This document shows positions 58,192 through 64,000 of a DNA stretch of 64,000 nt, piece by piece; the stretch's first letter is position 1, and each line of letters opens with the position of its first letter. Both the position numbers and the translations under genes were made by a program. Under the pieces are notes generated by a model that did not search any database, was not told the DNA's origin, and saw only the letters and a list, made by a program, of their open reading frames with translations. Origin of the DNA: the human T2T-CHM13v2.0 reference genome, Homo sapiens. Location: assembly GCF_009914755.1 (NCBI RefSeq), contig NC_060929.1; one strand, written 5' to 3'.

Positions 58192-58966
58192 AGAATGTAT
58201 ATTCTGTTGTTTTAGGGTGGAAAGTTCTGTAGATACTTAGCAGGTCCAATTGATCCAGTGCTGAGTTCAGGTCCTGAGTATCTCAGTTAATATTCTATCT
58301 CAAAGATCTGTCTAATATTCTCAGTGGGGTGTTAAAGTCTCCCACTATTATTGTGTGAAAGTCTAACGCTCACTGAAGGTCTCTAAGAACTTGCTTTATG
58401 AATCTGGATGCTCCTGTGTTGGGTACATACATATTTAGAATACTATGTTCTTTTTGTTGAATTGAACCATTTACCATTATGTAATGCCCTTTTAGTCTTT
58501 TAAAATTTTTGTTGGTTTAAAGTCTGTTTTGTCAGAAACTAGGATTGCAGCCCCTGCTTTTTTCTGTTTTCCATTTGCTTTGTAGATTTTTCTCCATCTC
58601 TATTTTGAGCCTATGTGTGTCACTGCATATGAGATAGGTCTCTTGAAGACAAGGTACTAATGGGTCTTAGTTCTTTATCCAGCTTGCCACTCTACTTCTT
58701 TTAATTGGGGCATTTAGCCCACTTACATTTAAGGGTAGTGTTGACATGTGTGGGTTTGATGCTGTCATCATGATGTTAGCTGGTTATTTTGCAGGCTATT
58801 TTATGGGGTTGCTTTATAGTGTCACTGGTCTGTGTACTTCAGTGTGTTTTTATAGCGGCTGGTAAGTTTTTTCTTTCCATATTTAGTGCTTCCTTCAGGA
58901 GTTCTTGTAAGGCAGTATAGGCGGTAACAATTCCCTCAGCATTTGCTTGTCAAAAGAATCTGATTT
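58192..58966 (-). mobile_element. Inverted L1PA13-16 segment (ORF1 end plus ORF2 endonuclease start)
   Basis: Antisense match to the in-window L1 at about 22160-22840 (AGAATGTATATTCTGTTG, TCTCCCACTATTATTGTGTG, GCTTGCCACTCT). Confidence 0.88.
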
Positions 58967-59139
58967 AACCTAACATCAATACTAAAAGAACTAGAGGGCC
59001 AAGAACAATCAAATCCCAAATCTAGCAGAAAACAGGGAAAAGACACAATCAGAGCAGAACTGAAGGAGATAGAACCACAAAAAACCATTCAAAAGGTCAA
59101 AGATCCAGAAGCTGGCTTTTTGAAAAAATTAATAAAATA

Positions 59140-59543
<404 letters not shown>

Positions 59544-60717
59544 TTATAAAGAATTCTATGCATATAAACTAGAAAATCTGGAAACATACACCCTCTCAAG
59601 ACTCGCCCAGGAAGAAATTGAATCCCTGAACAGACCAATAATGAGTTCTGAAATCGAGCCAGTAATAAATAGCCTATCAACCAATAAAAGCCCAGGACCA
59701 GACAGAGTCAGAGCTGAAATCGACCAGATGTACAAAGAAGAGCTGGTACCATTTCTGCTAAAACTATTTTAATGAATTGAAGAGAAGGGACTGGCAAGGA
59801 CACAACAAAAAAAGAAAACTTCAGGCCAATATCCCAGATGAGCATCAATGCAAAAATTATCAACAAAATACGGGAAACTGAATCCAGCAACATATCAAAA
59901 AGCTTATCCACCATGATCAAGTAGGTTTCAGCCCTGCCATGCAAGGTTAGTCCAACAAACACAAATCAGTAATTGTGACTGATCATATAAACAGAACTAA
60001 AGAAAAAATCCCACATGATATCTCAATTCACACAGAAAAAGCTTTCCATAGATTTCCACACCCTTTTGTGTAAAAAAAACCTCTCAATAAACTAGGTATT
60101 GAAGGAACATACCTAAAAATAATAAGGCCCATTTATGACAAACCCACAGTCAACATCATACTTAATGGGCAAAAGCTGGAAGCACTTCTCTTGAAAACCA
60201 GCAAAAGACAAGGATGCCCTCTATCATCACTTCTATTCAACACAATATTGGAAGTTCTGACCAGGGTAATCAGGCAAGAGAAATAAACAAAGAGCACCCA
60301 CATAGGTAAAGAGGAAGTACAACTATCCCTGTTTGCAGATTACATTATCCTGTATCTAAAAAAGCCCCTATAGTCTCAGCCCAAAAGCTTCTTAAGCTGA
60401 TTAACAACTTCAGCAAAATCCTAGGATGCAAAATCAATGTGCAAAACCACAAGCATTCCTATACACCAACAACAGTCAAGCTGACACTCAAATCAGGAAT
60501 GAACTCCCATTCACAATTTCCACCAAAAGCATAAAATACCTAGGATTAGAGCTTACAAGGGAGATGAAAGATCTCTACAAGGAGAACGACAAAGCACTGC
60601 TGAAAGAAACCAAAGATGGCACAAACAAATGTTCATGGATAGGAAGAATAAATATTGCTGAAGTGGTCATACTGTCCAAAACAATTTATAGATTCAATGC
60701 TATTCCTATTAAACTAC

Positions 60718-61169
60718 TGTGATGGTTAATACTGAGTGTTAACTTGATTGGACTGAAGGATGCAAAGTATTGTTCCTGGGTGTGTCTGTGAGGGTGTTGG
60801 CAAAGGAAATTAACATTTGAGTCAGTAGACTGGGAATGGCAGACCCACCCTCAATCTGTGTGGGCACAATCTAATCAGCTGCCAGAGTCGCCAAAATTAA
60901 AGCAGGCAGAAGAACGTGGAAAGGCTAGACTGGTTTAGTCTTCTGGCCTACATCTTTCTCCCTTGCTGGATGCTTCCTGCCCTCAAGCATCAGACTCCAA
61001 GTTCTTCAGCTTTGGGACTTAGATTGGCTTCCTTGCTCCTCAGCTTGCAGATGGCCTATTGTGGGACCTCACCTTGTGATCCTGTGAGTCAATACTCCTT
61101 AATAAACTCCCCTTTATATATTCATCTATCCTATTACTTCTGTCCCTCTAGAGAACCCTGACTAATATA
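60718..61169 (+). mobile_element. MLT2A1 ERVL solo LTR inserted in L1 ORF2
   Basis: TGTGATGGTTAATACTGAGTGT start and GAGAACCCTGACTAATATA end; perfect 5-bp TSD ACTAC at 60713-60717 and 61170-61174. Confidence 0.93.
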
Positions 61170-63341
61170 ACTACCTTTGAGATTCTTCACAGAACTAGAA
61201 AAAAAAAATTTTTTTAATACATATGGAACCAAAAGAGAGCCTGAATAGCCAAGGCATCCTAAGCAAAAAGAACAGGGCTGGAGACATCACACTATCTGAC
61301 TTCAAACTATACTACAGGGCTATAGGAACCAAAACATCATGGTACTGGTACAAAAACAGATACATAGACAAATGAAACAGAATAGAGAATCCAGATATAA
61401 GACTGCACACCTGCAGCTATCTGACCTTCAACAAACCTGACAAATACAAGGAATAGAGAAAGGATTTCCTATTCAATAAATGGTGCTGGGATAACTGGAT
61501 AGCCATATGCAGAAGATTAAAACTGGACTCCTTTTTATACCATATACAAAAATTAACTCAAGATGGATTAAAGACTTACTTAAATTCAAAACCCAAAACT
61601 ATAAAAACCCTGGAAGACAACTTAGGCGGTACCATTCAGGACATAGGCACGGGCAAAAATTTCATAATGAAGATGCCAAAAGCAATTGCGACAAAAGCAA
61701 AAATTGACAAATAGCATCTAATTAATATAAAGAGATTCTGCATAGCAAAAAAAAAAAAAAAAAGGAAAGAAAAAAGGAAAAATTGCCCACAGAGTAAACA
61801 ACCTACACAATGTGATAAAATTTTTGCACACTGCATCTGGCAAAGGTCTAATATACAACATATACAATAAACTTAAACATTTAAAAAACAAACCCAATGC
61901 AACCCATTAAAAAGTTGGCAAAAAACATGAACAGGCCCTTTTCAAAAGAGGACATGCATGCAGCAAACAATTATATGAAGAAAAGTTCAACATCGCTGAT
62001 CTTAGAGAAATGCAAGTCAAAGCCACAATAAGATATTGTCCCATGCCATTAAGAATGGCTATTATTAAAAAGTAAGAAAATAACAGATGCTGGCAAGGTT
62101 GTGGAGAAAAAGGAATGCTTACACACTGTTGGTGGTTGTATAAATTTGTTCAACTATTGTGGAAGACAATGTGGTGATTCCTCAAAGACCTAAAGACAGA
62201 AATACCCTTCAACCCAGCAATCCCATTATTTGAGTGTATACCCAAAGGAATATAAATCATTCTATTATAAAGACACATGCATGGGTATGTTTATTGAAGC
62301 ACCTTTCACAATAACAAAGACATGGAATCAACCTAAATACGCATCAATGATAGATTGGATTAAAAAATTGTGGTACATATATACCATGGGATACTATGTA
62401 GTCATAAAACAGGATGAGATCTTGTCCTTCACAGGGACTTGGTTGGAGCTGTAAGCCATTATCCTTAGCCAACTAATGCAGGGAGAAAAAAAAAATACCA
62501 CATGTCCTCACTTAAAAGTGGGGCTAGAAGATGATGACACATGGACACATAGAGGGGAAGAATACACACTGGGGCCTATCAGGAGGGTGAAAGGTGGGAG
62601 GAGGAAAAGGATCAGGAAAAATAACTGATGAGTACTAGGCTTAATACCTGGGTGATAAAATGATCTGTTTTACCAAACTCCCATGATCCAAGTTTACCTG
62701 TGCAACAAACCTGCACATGTACCCCTGGACTTAAAATAAAATTTACAAAGAAGAAAAAGAAAAATTGGTTTAAGTGTATATTTCCTAAATTAAAGATAAA
62801 CGTTGAATTTCACTTAAAATGTAAACAAACATTTTATTCTCTCAATGCTGACCAAAGCCTTTGTTTTGAGTATGGGGGATTATTCTCAATCGAGTTTCCT
62901 GTTGTCTTTCTTGTATACCCGGAAGACTTTTTTAGCAGCTAATTTTATTTTCCTACAGTGGGGAGAGAATGTAAGTACATTTTTGTAATAGTTTGGTCTC
63001 ATCATCCTTTGAGTTTTATAATCTTTTTTCCTCAATTACATCTTATACTTGTCTCACACTACCTTGACAGTGATTATTCTGATTCACCTTTATTATTTCC
63101 AAAGCATGCAATTTTCTTAATAGAACTCTTTTTTCTAATGATTTTTAAGTGCTTATTTAATTTAATTAATGCATATAATTGAAAAGAGCAGTAAAACTGG
63201 CTTGAACAGTTTTATAAGAGCTGGCTGAGTCTTAATAAGCGTTACACTTAATGCAGAGAGAAGTGTGTGGCTCACTAGAGAATAGCTACAAGCTTAGTGA
63301 ATTAAGAGAGCTTTGGACCCTAGACAGGAGGTGTTACAGAG

Positions 63342-63545
63342 GAATGGCTCTCAAATATGATTGATTTTTCCCCTCAGGGACATTTGGCAATGTCAGGAGA
63401 CATTGGCACGACTGTTCAGGGGAAAGATTGTTATTGGTATCTGGTGAGTAGGAGCCAGGGATGCTGGTAAACATCATGCAGGGTACAGGGCTGCCCTCAA
63501 AACAAGGAATTGTCTGTTAATAGTTTCACTGTGAAGGTACCTTGC
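63342..63545. mobile_element. MER20 hAT MITE
   Basis: CCCTCAGGGGACATTTGGCAATGTCAGGAGACATT and GCCAGGGATGCTGGTAAACATC; TSD-like TTACAGAG/TTATAGAG. Confidence 0.85.
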
Positions 63546-64000
63546 TTATAGAGGAAATGGAGAGCTTCTAAGCCTCTGAGCCCTTTAAGAGGAATACATA
63601 TTGGAAATGTTATTGTTTCAACTACTAGGGTTTGTTCGCATCCAGAGGCAAGTTGAAAAGTCGTATTTTCTTCAACCTTTCATATTCCATAGCAAAATAA
63701 ATATTAGGTTGTACATAGAAAGTACTTGATAAATTCTTGTTCAATGATACAGATACAGGATGCAAAAATGATTTGTTACAAGCCAAAGGGGAGGTAAAGA
63801 AAAATGTTATAATGAAAATAAAGATGGAGCATGTGAAAGACTTAAGAAGGTGGAAAAGTGGCAAAAGTCAAGGATATGTTTCCAAAAAGTTTCTGATATG
63901 CTCTCTTTTGTGAGCAAAAGGCTTTTCTATTACAAACTGTTTCAAGCAACCTAAAATATCATGTTCTGTGATTTTAGAAGTTTACAAGTATGGGGCCATA

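Overview
This is AT-rich, repeat-dense primate (most likely human) intergenic or intronic DNA with no supportable protein-coding gene; every ORF in the track that I can recognise derives from L1, Alu, LTR or hAT-transposase sequence. Positions 1-177 on the minus strand match the 5' end of the lncRNA NORAD (recognised from memory) but sit in AT-rich, non-promoter flank, so this looks like the start of a NORAD retrocopy running off the left edge. About 8 kb away on the same strand, a TSD-bounded solo LTR12C (ERV9) with an expanded CCAAT array points toward it. Other content: two young 5'-truncated L1s (L1PA2 and L1PA3), one carrying a template-switch micro-inversion; an old TSD-bounded, internally deleted L1PA13-16 with nested Alus and a truncated THE1B; a second old L1PA with a twin-priming-like 5' inversion; a near full-length Charlie3 hAT transposon; several ERVL and MaLR LTRs with DUX4-type motifs; Tigger, MER20 and MADE1 elements; and 11 Alus. 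Subfamily names come from recalled diagnostic motifs, not from a RepeatMasker run. I cannot demonstrate a new biological system; the LTR12C plus NORAD-retrocopy arrangement is the best testable lead.
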